From assembly GCF_031422135.1 (NCBI RefSeq), contig NZ_JANOQD010000014.1:12969-76968 (forward strand): 64,000 bases of DNA, written 5' to 3'. The position numbers and the translations under genes were made by a program. Shown one piece after another: positions 18,471 through 27,575 of this stretch. Under the pieces are notes generated by a model. It worked only from the letters and a program-made list of their open reading frames with translations. It did no database searches and was not told the DNA's origin. Positions within the stretch are counted from its first letter, which is position 1. Every line of letters starts with the position of its first letter. This DNA comes from Flavobacterium sp. GTDB taxonomy: Bacteria; Bacteroidota; Bacteroidia; Flavobacteriales; Flavobacteriaceae.

Positions 18471-19087
18471 GTAGTTTCTTGTACAGTGATAATTCAGAGG
18501 ATTTATTTGCTTCAATTGATTATTTATTAAAAGATGGTGTACACTTTCAAAAAGAAGGAAAACAAATAAATCAATATAACTTTATTTCACAAAATGAAGA
18601 AAGTCTTAAACTGTATTATAACACCTTTTTCAAAGTTGATTTAGTTAAAGGAGGCGAAGACAATGCAAGCTATTATTATTTAGATTTTATAAATAATGAT
18701 CGAGGAAATATCTCTGATAAACACAGATATATGCTCAAAAGTGAGTATGTAATTATTGGATTTCTAATTTATAAAATTATGTTTATTGACCGAGAATTTG
18801 ATTTGAATTCTGTTCAAAAATTAAAAGAAAAAATCCGGCTTGAATGTGAAGATTACAAACAAGGTATTTATACATTAATTGCTAAATCAAAGAATACAAC
18901 TCCTGGTAATTACAATGATGATATAATAGATAAAACAATTCAATCGGCTCTTGAAGAATTTAAAAAAATTGGTTGGATAACATTAGATAAAGACGAGTTT
19001 CATACATTACCTGCATTCGACAGATTGCTAAAAGTATATGAAGAGTACATTATAAATATAGAGGAAACACTAAACGAACTGAAATGA
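18440..19087 (+). CDS. jetB: Wadjet JetB/MksE-like KITE subunit
   Basis: 215 aa; C-terminal wHTH (ALEEFKKIGWI...LPAFDRL); lies directly before the SMC-like gene. Confidence 0.72.
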   Translation: MENENNKISLSSFLYSDNSEDLFASIDYLLKDGVHFQKEGKQINQYNFISQNEESLKLYYNTFFKVDLVKGGEDNASYYYLDFINNDRGNISDKHRYMLKSEYVIIGFLIYKIMFIDREFDLNSVQKLKEKIRLECEDYKQGIYTLIAKSKNTTPGNYNDDIIDKTIQSALEEFKKIGWITLDKDEFHTLPAFDRLLKVYEEYIINIEETLNELK

Positions 19088-22000
19088 AAGACTATCCACT
19101 AATTAAAAGACTATCAACTTTAGGAATAGTACACCATCAGGGATTTGATTATGATTTTAATCCATTCAGAACTGATTTTGTTGGCGAAGGCGGTGCTGGT
19201 AAAAGTATGATTTCTGATATTTTACAATTAATTTGTGTTGGTACTTCGGCTTTTCATTCTCCTACAAAAGGTACAAGTACTAGAGAACCTAAAACTATGG
19301 TTTTAAGAACTGATGGTAATGGAACCGATATGGGTTATGCTTTTATAAATGTTGAGGTAGAGAAAAATAAATTTATAGTTATTGGTATTTATTTAGAAAG
19401 TGCTGGTACTTCATATATGTTTATTATTCAAGAGGGTAATAATTTTGATGACGACACTCAATTGATGCCTTTTGAAACTGTTTTAGGGTATTCCGATTTT
19501 CTCAAAAACAATCAAATATTACCAATTCAAAATTTGAAGGAACACATCAGTAATACTTTACAACTAACTTGTGAATCTTGGCATAAGACTTCAAATTATC
19601 ATAAAATTCTTTTCAAAAATGAAATATTGCCTATTGATTTGTCAATCAGTAATAAAACGTTAGACAATTATGCCAAAATTATTCAAGCATTTTCTAGAGA
19701 ATCTTTGGATATGAATAAGAGTGAAAAATTACAAAGTTTTTTATTTGGTGAGGAAAAAGAAAAGGAATTACTTGAAAAATTTAATCAAACCGTTAAAGAA
19801 CTGAATGGTGACAACAAAGAATTTGATAAAAACTTAAACGAAATAGAATTACTCACCGATAAGCAAAACGCGTTAAGTGAATTGTTGAAATTGAGAATTG
19901 AAAAAGATAAAAACGAGAAGATTTTCTTGTTAGCATCTTTTAACAATTATTCAAAAGAAGTTACTGATTCAGAAAATGAAATAAGAGAGAAAATTAATCT
20001 TTATGAAAATAGTTCCAAAATACTCATCCAATTAAAAACAAATGTCCAAGAAAAAATAATTTCAACAAATGAAGAAATTAAAATAATAGATCCAAAATGG
20101 GAAACTGCATTTAAAGAAAAAAATAAATGGGAAGAATGTGAAAACAAATTAAAAAAGTTTTTCTCTTGGTTACAGGATTTTAATTGTTCTGAAAAAGAAA
20201 TTTTAAAAGAAAAATATAATAAGCACCATCAAAATAAACTTCAAATAACACAATTAAGAGAATTGACTGAAAAGTTAAAATCAAAAAACATTTTGACTTT
20301 TTTTACCAATGAAAATTTAAAGGGTAAAAATGCACTTGTACAAGCTAATTCAAAAACAGAAGTTTACAAAAAAGAGCTAGAAATTAAAAACAAATTAAAA
20401 GCTTTAAATAATATTGAAGATAAAAAATCATTAGCACATTGGGCTTTAAATCAAACTAAAAAATTAGATTTATTCCAGGAAAGTATAATTCATAAATACC
20501 ACAATGAAAATATAAAAGTAGATGCTCCATCAGATGTTTTATTAAAATATATTCCAGAACCAAATCAATTAATAGAAAATCTTAAAATATCAAATAAAAA
20601 TGACAAAGGTTTTTGGATTGATCTAAATGGTTTAATGGAACACGTAACTTTAATTAAATCACCAATTTTTGACAAGGAAGATAGAGAAGAAATTAAGGAA
20701 TATTTTCAGAAACAAACTTGTACGATAGAAGAAGACATTTCAAATTTAGAGAGAAAATTATCAAACATTGAATTGATTATAGAAGTTTTAGAACAATTAG
20801 AAAATCCTGATGAATATGTATTTGCTTTTAATTCAAATATAGGACTAGATGAACAACTTGAAAATCACGAAATGTATGATGTTTCAAATATCATTTTTGA
20901 TGACTATTTTGATGCTTTTTCTAGAGAAAAAGAAATCAATGAACAGCTTACAAATGCAAAAACAAATTTCAAAAAATTAGAAGACGAAAAGCGAAAATTG
21001 GACAATCTACGCATTAATTTAGAGCGTGAATTAGAATCATTTTTAACACCAATAATTATTGATGAAATTGATGATTACAAAAGTAAATATAATTTTGCAT
21101 CAACTAAAAATCTTGATTTAGAGAGCTTAAATAAAGAATTAAGCGATGCTGAAGATTATTACATAGAATTGAAAAAAGCATATAATACTCAAATAAGTAA
21201 TAACAATCAAACAGCTTCTCTAAAGGAAATAGAATTAAAAATTTTAAAAATTACACATAAAAAAAATGAGATTTATAGTCAAAATCCTAATCTATTTACA
21301 GAAGAAATAGTAATGGATATTTATGATGATAATGAAATTAATGAATTAGAAAAAAAATCTATAGATGCTAATAATGATTATATTTCTAACTACAATTTTG
21401 TAGTCTATACTTTTCTTAAACAGAAGATTAATCATTATAAAGACACTGGCGATTTCAGTCCTTTATGCAGAGAAATTTTACCTAAAGAAATATTTGATGA
21501 AAAAGATTTATTAGAAGAAGATATAATTGAAAACATTTCCAATTACTTACGCAATATAAATATTAAAAATAGAAAGCTAAATAGCCGAAAGCTTCAAAAA
21601 TTAAGTGAGATTATAGACGATGTTTCAAATGAAGTAAGTAGTCAATTAATGGATATAAGAATAATAAGTAATTTTTTGAATTCAGAAGAAAAAAAAATAA
21701 CTGGCGGTCACAAGGTCGATTTAGATGTAATATACGATAATGTTTTCAAAAAAGAATGGATGAATAATTTCACTGATGAGATTAATAAAGATATTCAATA
21801 CGGTATGGATGAATCATTATTTGAAACTCTTAAAACATTTTCCACAGAATTAGAAAGTTTTCCAACGTTGGAAGAAAAATTAAAAGAAGCATTTTATCGA
21901 ACTGGTGGAACAAGAGCAAACAAACTAGAAGTTAGGGACTTACTGAATCCAAAATCATATTATGGGTTGAAGTTTTCAATTAAATCAGCACAAGGGAACA

Positions 22001-22323
22001 AAACTGCTGGTAGCACAAGTCAAACATATTCAGCAATAGCACTTTTATGTATGGCAAAGTTATCTTTAATCGATAAAACTTCAAAATCCAAAATAAGAAA
22101 AGGAATTCGTTATATGGCTATTGATGAGGCAGAAGGTCTTGGAAGTAATTTTGATATGCTATATAATATTGCAAAAGCAAATGATTACCAAATTTTATCT
22201 TTATCGATAAATCCAAATAAAATTGATGCAGAAAATCAAAATATTTATTTGTTGCACAATAGTTTAGAAGATGAAAATATAAACTACACTCCTGTGCCAA
22301 TTTTTGGATCATCAAACAATTAA
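19084..22323 (+). CDS. jetC: Wadjet JetC/MksB SMC-like ATPase
   Basis: N-terminal Walker A GEGGAGKS, long coiled coil, signature-like GSTSQ, Walker B MAIDEA. Confidence 0.8.
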   Translation: MKDYPLIKRLSTLGIVHHQGFDYDFNPFRTDFVGEGGAGKSMISDILQLICVGTSAFHSPTKGTSTREPKTMVLRTDGNGTDMGYAFINVEVEKNKFIVIGIYLESAGTSYMFIIQEGNNFDDDTQLMPFETVLGYSDFLKNNQILPIQNLKEHISNTLQLTCESWHKTSNYHKILFKNEILPIDLSISNKTLDNYAKIIQAFSRESLDMNKSEKLQSFLFGEEKEKELLEKFNQTVKELNGDNKEFDKNLNEIELLTDKQNALSELLKLRIEKDKNEKIFLLASFNNYSKEVTDSENEIREKINLYENSSKILIQLKTNVQEKIISTNEEIKIIDPKWETAFKEKNKWEECENKLKKFFSWLQDFNCSEKEILKEKYNKHHQNKLQITQLRELTEKLKSKNILTFFTNENLKGKNALVQANSKTEVYKKELEIKNKLKALNNIEDKKSLAHWALNQTKKLDLFQESIIHKYHNENIKVDAPSDVLLKYIPEPNQLIENLKISNKNDKGFWIDLNGLMEHVTLIKSPIFDKEDREEIKEYFQKQTCTIEEDISNLERKLSNIELIIEVLEQLENPDEYVFAFNSNIGLDEQLENHEMYDVSNIIFDDYFDAFSREKEINEQLTNAKTNFKKLEDEKRKLDNLRINLERELESFLTPIIIDEIDDYKSKYNFASTKNLDLESLNKELSDAEDYYIELKKAYNTQISNNNQTASLKEIELKILKITHKKNEIYSQNPNLFTEEIVMDIYDDNEINELEKKSIDANNDYISNYNFVVYTFLKQKINHYKDTGDFSPLCREILPKEIFDEKDLLEEDIIENISNYLRNINIKNRKLNSRKLQKLSEIIDDVSNEVSSQLMDIRIISNFLNSEEKKITGGHKVDLDVIYDNVFKKEWMNNFTDEINKDIQYGMDESLFETLKTFSTELESFPTLEEKLKEAFYRTGGTRANKLEVRDLLNPKSYYGLKFSIKSAQGNKTAGSTSQTYSAIALLCMAKLSLIDKTSKSKIRKGIRYMAIDEAEGLGSNFDMLYNIAKANDYQILSLSINPNKIDAENQNIYLLHNSLEDENINYTPVPIFGSSNN

Positions 22324-22327
22324 AAGT

Positions 22328-23278
22328 ATGAAAAAAATTGAATGGAAACATCTAAAAGGATTGCATCAGCTTTATAAATCAAAACAAACAAAGTTAAAAA
22401 TAACTAACAATGATTTTATTAATCAGGTCATTTTAAAACAAAAGAAACTAATAAAATTTAAGGTTGGAAATCATTCTATTATCGAAGCATCATCAAGATT
22501 TAAGGAGTATTACGAGCAGGAATTTTTAGAAACCTATGAATACTACAATAATTTCTTTGAGAAGTCGGGAATAGAAAACGATGCTAAAAAATCTTTTGAT
22601 GATGAAGATTTAAAAGCATTAATGTTTGTTTTTTATAACAAAGAGGAATTAAAAAAAAATGTAACAACAGAGAAAAAATTATCTGCTTTAATTTATAAAA
22701 ATCAAAATTCTAAATACTTATCTAATAAATTAAGTGTTAAAAATGCAGTTTTAAGAATATTAGAACTTGATGAATTTCCAGAAAAAGACCCCAAAAATAA
22801 TCAATGGAGATTTGTAGTTGATTGCCTTAATCCAAAAGTTATTGTGCTTTGTGAGAATCTTGATTGTCTAAAAGTTCCGTTAGAATATAAAAATAATAAT
22901 ATCGAATTATGGTATGTTGGTGGTAATAATACCACACCATTAGAAGACATTTCTCAAGATAAATTAAAACTTCCAATATATTATTTTTGTGATTGGGATT
23001 ATAACGGATTACTGATATATTCAAATGTCAAACAAATATTTAGATCCAAAGGAATTGAAGTCAAAATAATTCTACCACAAACACAAGAAATCGCAATCGA
23101 AGTTGGTGTCAAACATCATAAAAGTAAATGGAATGATAATGAATTCTCAAATTTGAATAAGAATGATTTTTCATTACAAGAAATCGAATTTATCAATCAA
23201 TTAATTTCGGAAAATAAATGGATTGAAGAAGAATCTTTAGATTTAATCAAACTACTGAAAAACGATAATATCATTTAA
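22328..23278 (+). CDS. jetD: Wadjet JetD/MksG Toprim nuclease
   Basis: Toprim motifs VLCENL, YVGGNN and YFCDWDYNG (DxD); follows the SMC gene; ATG at 22328 preferred over the overlapping 22304 start. Confidence 0.8.
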   Translation: MKKIEWKHLKGLHQLYKSKQTKLKITNNDFINQVILKQKKLIKFKVGNHSIIEASSRFKEYYEQEFLETYEYYNNFFEKSGIENDAKKSFDDEDLKALMFVFYNKEELKKNVTTEKKLSALIYKNQNSKYLSNKLSVKNAVLRILELDEFPEKDPKNNQWRFVVDCLNPKVIVLCENLDCLKVPLEYKNNNIELWYVGGNNTTPLEDISQDKLKLPIYYFCDWDYNGLLIYSNVKQIFRSKGIEVKIILPQTQEIAIEVGVKHHKSKWNDNEFSNLNKNDFSLQEIEFINQLISENKWIEEESLDLIKLLKNDNII

Positions 23279-23453
23279 TTACCATTATCTCATTCATCTG
23301 CACAAAATCTTCGTTTAGTCCAAGTATTCCTAAACTCAAATCTTTGTTTGCTTCATTTCACTAATTACGTTTTCAATAGCAAGAATATCTTTTTCGTTCG
23401 GTGGTAAAAAGAAAGTTTTACATTTCATAAGGCACTCCTTTGCCAACGCTCCA

Positions 23454-24347
23454 AAAAAAATTACTGGCACAGTTTTTAGAAAAAACACGTACGCTTCGCA
23501 ACTTGCGCCAGTAATTTTTTTCCCCAAGCTGTGTTACATAATTGAGTATTATAGTTCATTACAAAGCGTTTATATTGTTTTTTTTGGTTTTTGTAACGAA
23601 GCTATAATATCATTTATGTAAAACAGCCGCCACACCCAACGCGCTTGCCAGTGGCTCTAGGACAGCTTTTTTAATTGCTTCCTCGCACCAGCCGGCAATA
23701 AAAAAAGCTGTCCTTCGCCACTGTCTTTAAGAACCTTCGCTATTTCATCGGAAACTTTACAGTTGTAATTACTTTCAAGAACGTTCACGGTAACTGTTTT
23801 TAGCAACTTTGTGTTTAAATCGGTAAGTATTTGCATTGCTTTTGTAAGTGTTGTAAATCGCTTATCAACTCTATTTCTAACATTAACGACATAGGAATAA
23901 GCAATTTACAACACCCACAAAACCAAGAGTAGCCAGCAAGAGTATCATTTTTTTATTTGCCATAAAATAAGAAGTCATTGCTTCAGCGGAAAAGTTGATG
24001 CCATACCGTTACTAATAATAAGCATTGCAAGCTTCAAGCATTATCTTTCTTTTAAGTCTATGGCATCAACTTTTCCACAAAAGCAATCAGAAACATCCCA
24101 GTCAGCAAATAAAAAATGATACACTTGCACGCGCTACTGCACTGTCGCACTAGGTATTATAATGCATTGTTTTTTGAAGATGCTTTCCATTTTCAGAACA
24201 ACATTCCAATTAAATTGAAACTTCACATTTCATAAGACGATTAGGCATCCTCAAAAATCAAATCCAAGAAAGAGTAGCAAATTCTTTGGCCGGATGAAAA
24301 GCATTTTTATTTTTTGATTTGGTTTTTTTATCCATCCAAAGAATTTG
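23454..24347. repeat. Array of six long imperfect inverted repeats
   Basis: Hairpins at 23454-23521 (15-bp perfect stem), 23528-23627, 23649-23723, 23840-23922, 23936-24128 (18-bp perfect inner stem) and 24278-24347 (12-bp perfect stem). Confidence 0.85.
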
Positions 24348-24771
24348 ATACCCTTTCCGAAGACGACCATCTTCCAAATCAATTCTCATTACTTCAGATT
24401 AAATCCGATTAAACAAGAACATTCCGATTGGATATTCAAAACAAAAAATAAAAAAAAAGAGAGCAAAGATAAGTTCCAGGTATTCAGAAAAAAAAGTTCA
24501 AGCCCTAAGGGTTTTAAAAAAAATCTCCACCCTTAACGGTTCGCATCAACATTCAATTCCGATTTCACGCTCATACTTCCGATGATGTATCGGGTAGTAT
24601 TTTTTTTAAAAAACTTTTTTATCTGAAACCTTCCGCTTGAACAGACGGCTTTCTTTTTTTCTTTTTTTCTTTTGAAAAATTTTATAGGTCGAGCGTAGCG
24701 AGGCACACCTACATTTCAAGAGAAAATCCGCGAAAAATTGAAAATCTAATCAATTTTTAAAGCCGAAAGTT

Positions 24772-25194
24772 ATGACCAATTTTATCATCAAAACTCACCG
24801 AGTTGGAACGATTTATTCAAAACCGCATTTATTCCTACTTAACAAAGGGATGAACAGCGGAAAGCCACAAAAAGAGCCATTTACTAACAGTTTTGTTATC
24901 ATTTTTCAAAACGAGGAGGACTGCGAAAGCCTTTTTTTCATTGCTTATAGTTTATGGCAAACAAAATTTTGGCACCAACATTTAGTTGGTTCGGTAATCC
25001 CATTTTTACGCCTTCCAGATTTCAAAAAACAATTCAATCCGCAAGCCAGTTTAATGATGGTGGAACACGAGCAGCACCAAAAAAATGTTGCAGCTCTCAA
25101 ACTTCTGGAAAAAAAAGAAAAACAGTACAAAGAGGATATGATGCTTATAAATGACATCCGTAGAGCCATTTTATATAGGTATTGCAGAAAATAA
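24772..25194 (+). CDS. DUF6943-like protein (weak resemblance to a type I R-M specificity subunit fragment)
   Basis: NKGMNSGKP...LVGSVIPFLRL followed by an amphipathic helix; family label from recall. Confidence 0.6.
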   Translation: MTNFIIKTHRVGTIYSKPHLFLLNKGMNSGKPQKEPFTNSFVIIFQNEEDCESLFFIAYSLWQTKFWHQHLVGSVIPFLRLPDFKKQFNPQASLMMVEHEQHQKNVAALKLLEKKEKQYKEDMMLINDIRRAILYRYCRK

Positions 25195-25484
25195 TCCAAA
25201 TTGTAAACTCAAATTCACTTAAATGAAGCTATTTATTTTGTACCAAACCGACAATTGGAAATCCAAAGCATCAACAGTATGTTTTGGCGTTTTCGACACT
25301 AGAGCCAAAGCTCTTGATAGCGCAAAATGGCAATAATTGTACACATATAATTCTGAAGTAGTGGTTTTAGAGGTTACTCTAAATCTATTTGAAGAAGTTT
25401 AATTTTAGACCATAAAAAAACCCATTCCTCACGGTTTGGGCTTCATTATTGTTTAATCCAAAGGTCACCACAACTAGAATTAAA

Positions 25485-25667
25485 CTATTTTTTGCGCTTT
25501 CTAATAAAAAATTTGAGTAGTAAAGATATTAAAAAACTGACTATCGCACCAAGAGTGGCAAGAATTATAGTTTTTAAAACATCTTCCGAATGTAAATTCG
25601 GTAAAACACTCAAAAATGTACCGCCAGCGGTACCAATTGCAGTTGAATTACTATGTTGCATCGTCAT
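25485..25667 (-). CDS. Small membrane protein, holin-like
   Basis: 60 aa; hydrophobic helix followed by a basic C-terminus KFFIRKRKK; overlaps the upstream ORF by 4 bp. Confidence 0.6.
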   Translation of the reverse strand: MTMQHSNSTAIGTAGGTFLSVLPNLHSEDVLKTIILATLGAIVSFLISLLLKFFIRKRKK

Positions 25668-25897
25668 CCTGAACTTTTGTGAAGGATCTCATCCTCTTTT
25701 GTGGTCAATTGGCTAACTGCCGACACTACACCGCCAACAACCGCCAAATAACCTCCGATAGAAGTTATCACAACTGGCAACGCTATAGGCGCTGCTAGAA
25801 TAGTTCCTCCAACGGCAGCCAACACCAAACCAATATTTCGAAGCACTTTAAAAAATTTTGGAGTTGGAGCTTTCGCTCTATTTATTATTTTTTTCAT
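25664..25897 (-). CDS. Small two-helix membrane protein, holin-like
   Basis: RAKAPTPKFFK followed by a long Gly/Ala-rich hydrophobic segment. Confidence 0.65.
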   Translation of the reverse strand: MKKIINRAKAPTPKFFKVLRNIGLVLAAVGGTILAAPIALPVVITSIGGYLAVVGGVVSAVSQLTTKEDEILHKSSG

Positions 25898-25906
25898 AAT
25901 CTTATT

Positions 25907-26302
25907 TTAAGATTGAACAATTAAAACAACACTTTCATTTTTGTCTAAAATTGGATTGACTAAATTTTTCAATTTAGAAAATGCTTTTCGAGACATAAGA
26001 CCTAAACCAGGTCCAGAAAGTTTTGTTACTGGAGCAATACAACCATTCAATTCTTGCAAAGCATTATTGGCAGGATGAAACAAAATCAAGCTTCTGTTTT
26101 TTACATCTACTATTTCCAAATGCCATTGAAATTTCTTGCTGTAGCGCTTTTTAATAAAATATTTCCCTTCCGGAATGCAGGAAACTTTCGTTTCGTTTAT
26201 CTTCCACGGCAATTCAATGGTTTTACAAATCAATTTGCCTTCGCATTCGAGTATTCCGTTAGTTCCATCAGGGAAATAAGTTCTCGATAGTATTAAAACC
26301 AT
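25907..26302 (-). CDS. DUF5675-family protein (phage-associated, putative cell-wall-acting enzyme)
   Basis: TNG.L...TIELPW...SCIPEGKY...RSLILFHPAN....LNGCIAP pattern. Confidence 0.75.
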   Translation of the reverse strand: MVLILSRTYFPDGTNGILECEGKLICKTIELPWKINETKVSCIPEGKYFIKKRYSKKFQWHLEIVDVKNRSLILFHPANNALQELNGCIAPVTKLSGPGLGLMSRKAFSKLKNLVNPILDKNESVVLIVQS

Positions 26303-26303
26303 C

Positions 26304-27059
26304 TTACAATCCGCTCACTTGCACCAATGCTAATGGATTAAATGCACCATTTTTCAATGGATACATTTGACCATTTACTTCTTGATAAAACTCAACTCCA
26401 AGAGCCAAAAACAAAGGCTTTGTACTAGCTGGAGTTACAGCATTTGTTTGGCTAATCACAGCCGTAGCGGTTGTGTCCCAAGGTAAAATTGCCGTTTCTG
26501 AATGCGCTTCAACAAATGTTTCCGCTTCAAAATCTACTTCTGCACCAGCTGAAATGATTTTAAAATGCGTTGTTCCAGATGGTGCAGCAATCATATTAGC
26601 CGGTATAAATGAAGCCAAATCAACAGTGATGTTTCCTGTAACACGGTCAATTACTCCTACAAAAGGAGCAAATAAACTGGTTCCCAGTTTCCCACGAATA
26701 TTGAATTCAAAGCCTGCTAAAAGTTCAGCTTCGCCATCAATAACATTTCGCAAACCTCTAACGCTGGTTAAATCAGCTTGGATAACTTGGACCATTCTTT
26801 GGGTTAAACGGCTTACCATTCTGCCGTCGGCAGAATTCAAGAGCAGAGCTCTTAATGCCGTTCTCAAAATCTTTCCAGCCTTACCCGCTCGACCAAACTC
26901 CGAACCATTTTCACGCGTTCTTTGAAACGCAGGATCACTTTTGATTCTGCTGGCATCAATGCCACCTTTTTCTCTCGCCAAATGACCGTCTTGGGTTTTG
27001 TAAAAAGTAATATCTCCGATAGTACCTTTCAATTTAATTATGCCTTTCTGTCTTGCCAT
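26304..27059 (-). CDS. Conserved Bacteroidota element protein of unknown function
   Basis: 251 aa; basic N-terminus MARQKGIIKLKGTIGDITFYK, helical middle, beta-rich C-terminal half; first gene of a four-gene minus-strand operon. Confidence 0.75.
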   Translation of the reverse strand: MARQKGIIKLKGTIGDITFYKTQDGHLAREKGGIDASRIKSDPAFQRTRENGSEFGRAGKAGKILRTALRALLLNSADGRMVSRLTQRMVQVIQADLTSVRGLRNVIDGEAELLAGFEFNIRGKLGTSLFAPFVGVIDRVTGNITVDLASFIPANMIAAPSGTTHFKIISAGAEVDFEAETFVEAHSETAILPWDTTATAVISQTNAVTPASTKPLFLALGVEFYQEVNGQMYPLKNGAFNPLALVQVSGL

Positions 27060-27371
27060 AATTTCTAAAATTTTTAATTAATAATCGTTTAAAATTTCCT
27101 CAATCATATTCGCGTTGCAACGTCTTTCAATTGATTTCGAGAACAAATTTTAGCTAATTAAACAGAATAAAAAAGCGAGGACAGTTCCATATGTCGCAAA
27201 GTGACATAAATGGCTTAAATCGACATAAATGCCTGCCAAAAAGCACATAAAAACAACCATAAATTGCGAAAAAAATTTATATTTCAAAAAAACTTACTTT
27301 TGTATAATCTTAAACTTCACTTGTCAGTAGGTTTAAGCTAATCAAAGCCTAGTCAAAGGCATAGATAGTGT

Positions 27372-27575
27372 ATGAAATTTGAAAAACAGAGGGTGTGCAT
27401 ATATCCGAAAGACATACAGCGCATAACAGGCAAGAGTTATCGCCAAAGTACCAGATTAATGCAAAAAGTGAAAACTGACCTCAACAAGCTCGAAAATGAG
27501 TTTTTAACTATTGAAGAGTTTTGTTTGTATGCAGGATTAAAATATGAACAAGTAGCTCATTTGATTTTTGGTTAA
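27372..27575 (+). CDS. Small HTH-type DNA-binding protein
   Basis: IYPKDIQRITGKSYRQSTRLM HTH-like motif; divergent from the minus-strand operon. Confidence 0.7.
   Translation: MKFEKQRVCIYPKDIQRITGKSYRQSTRLMQKVKTDLNKLENEFLTIEEFCLYAGLKYEQVAHLIFG

Noticed and set aside
11814-24347. Retron (type I-A) interpretation of ATPase + HNH + hairpin-rich ncDNA
   Set aside because: No reverse transcriptase motif (YADD-like) in any ORF in the window, and the hairpin array lies over 6 kb from the ATPase-HNH genes with Wadjet in between.
23280-24770. CRISPR array or MITE in the long intergenic region
   Set aside because: The repeats are inverted and mutually unrelated; there are no regularly spaced direct repeats, cas genes, terminal inverted repeats with target duplication, or transposase.
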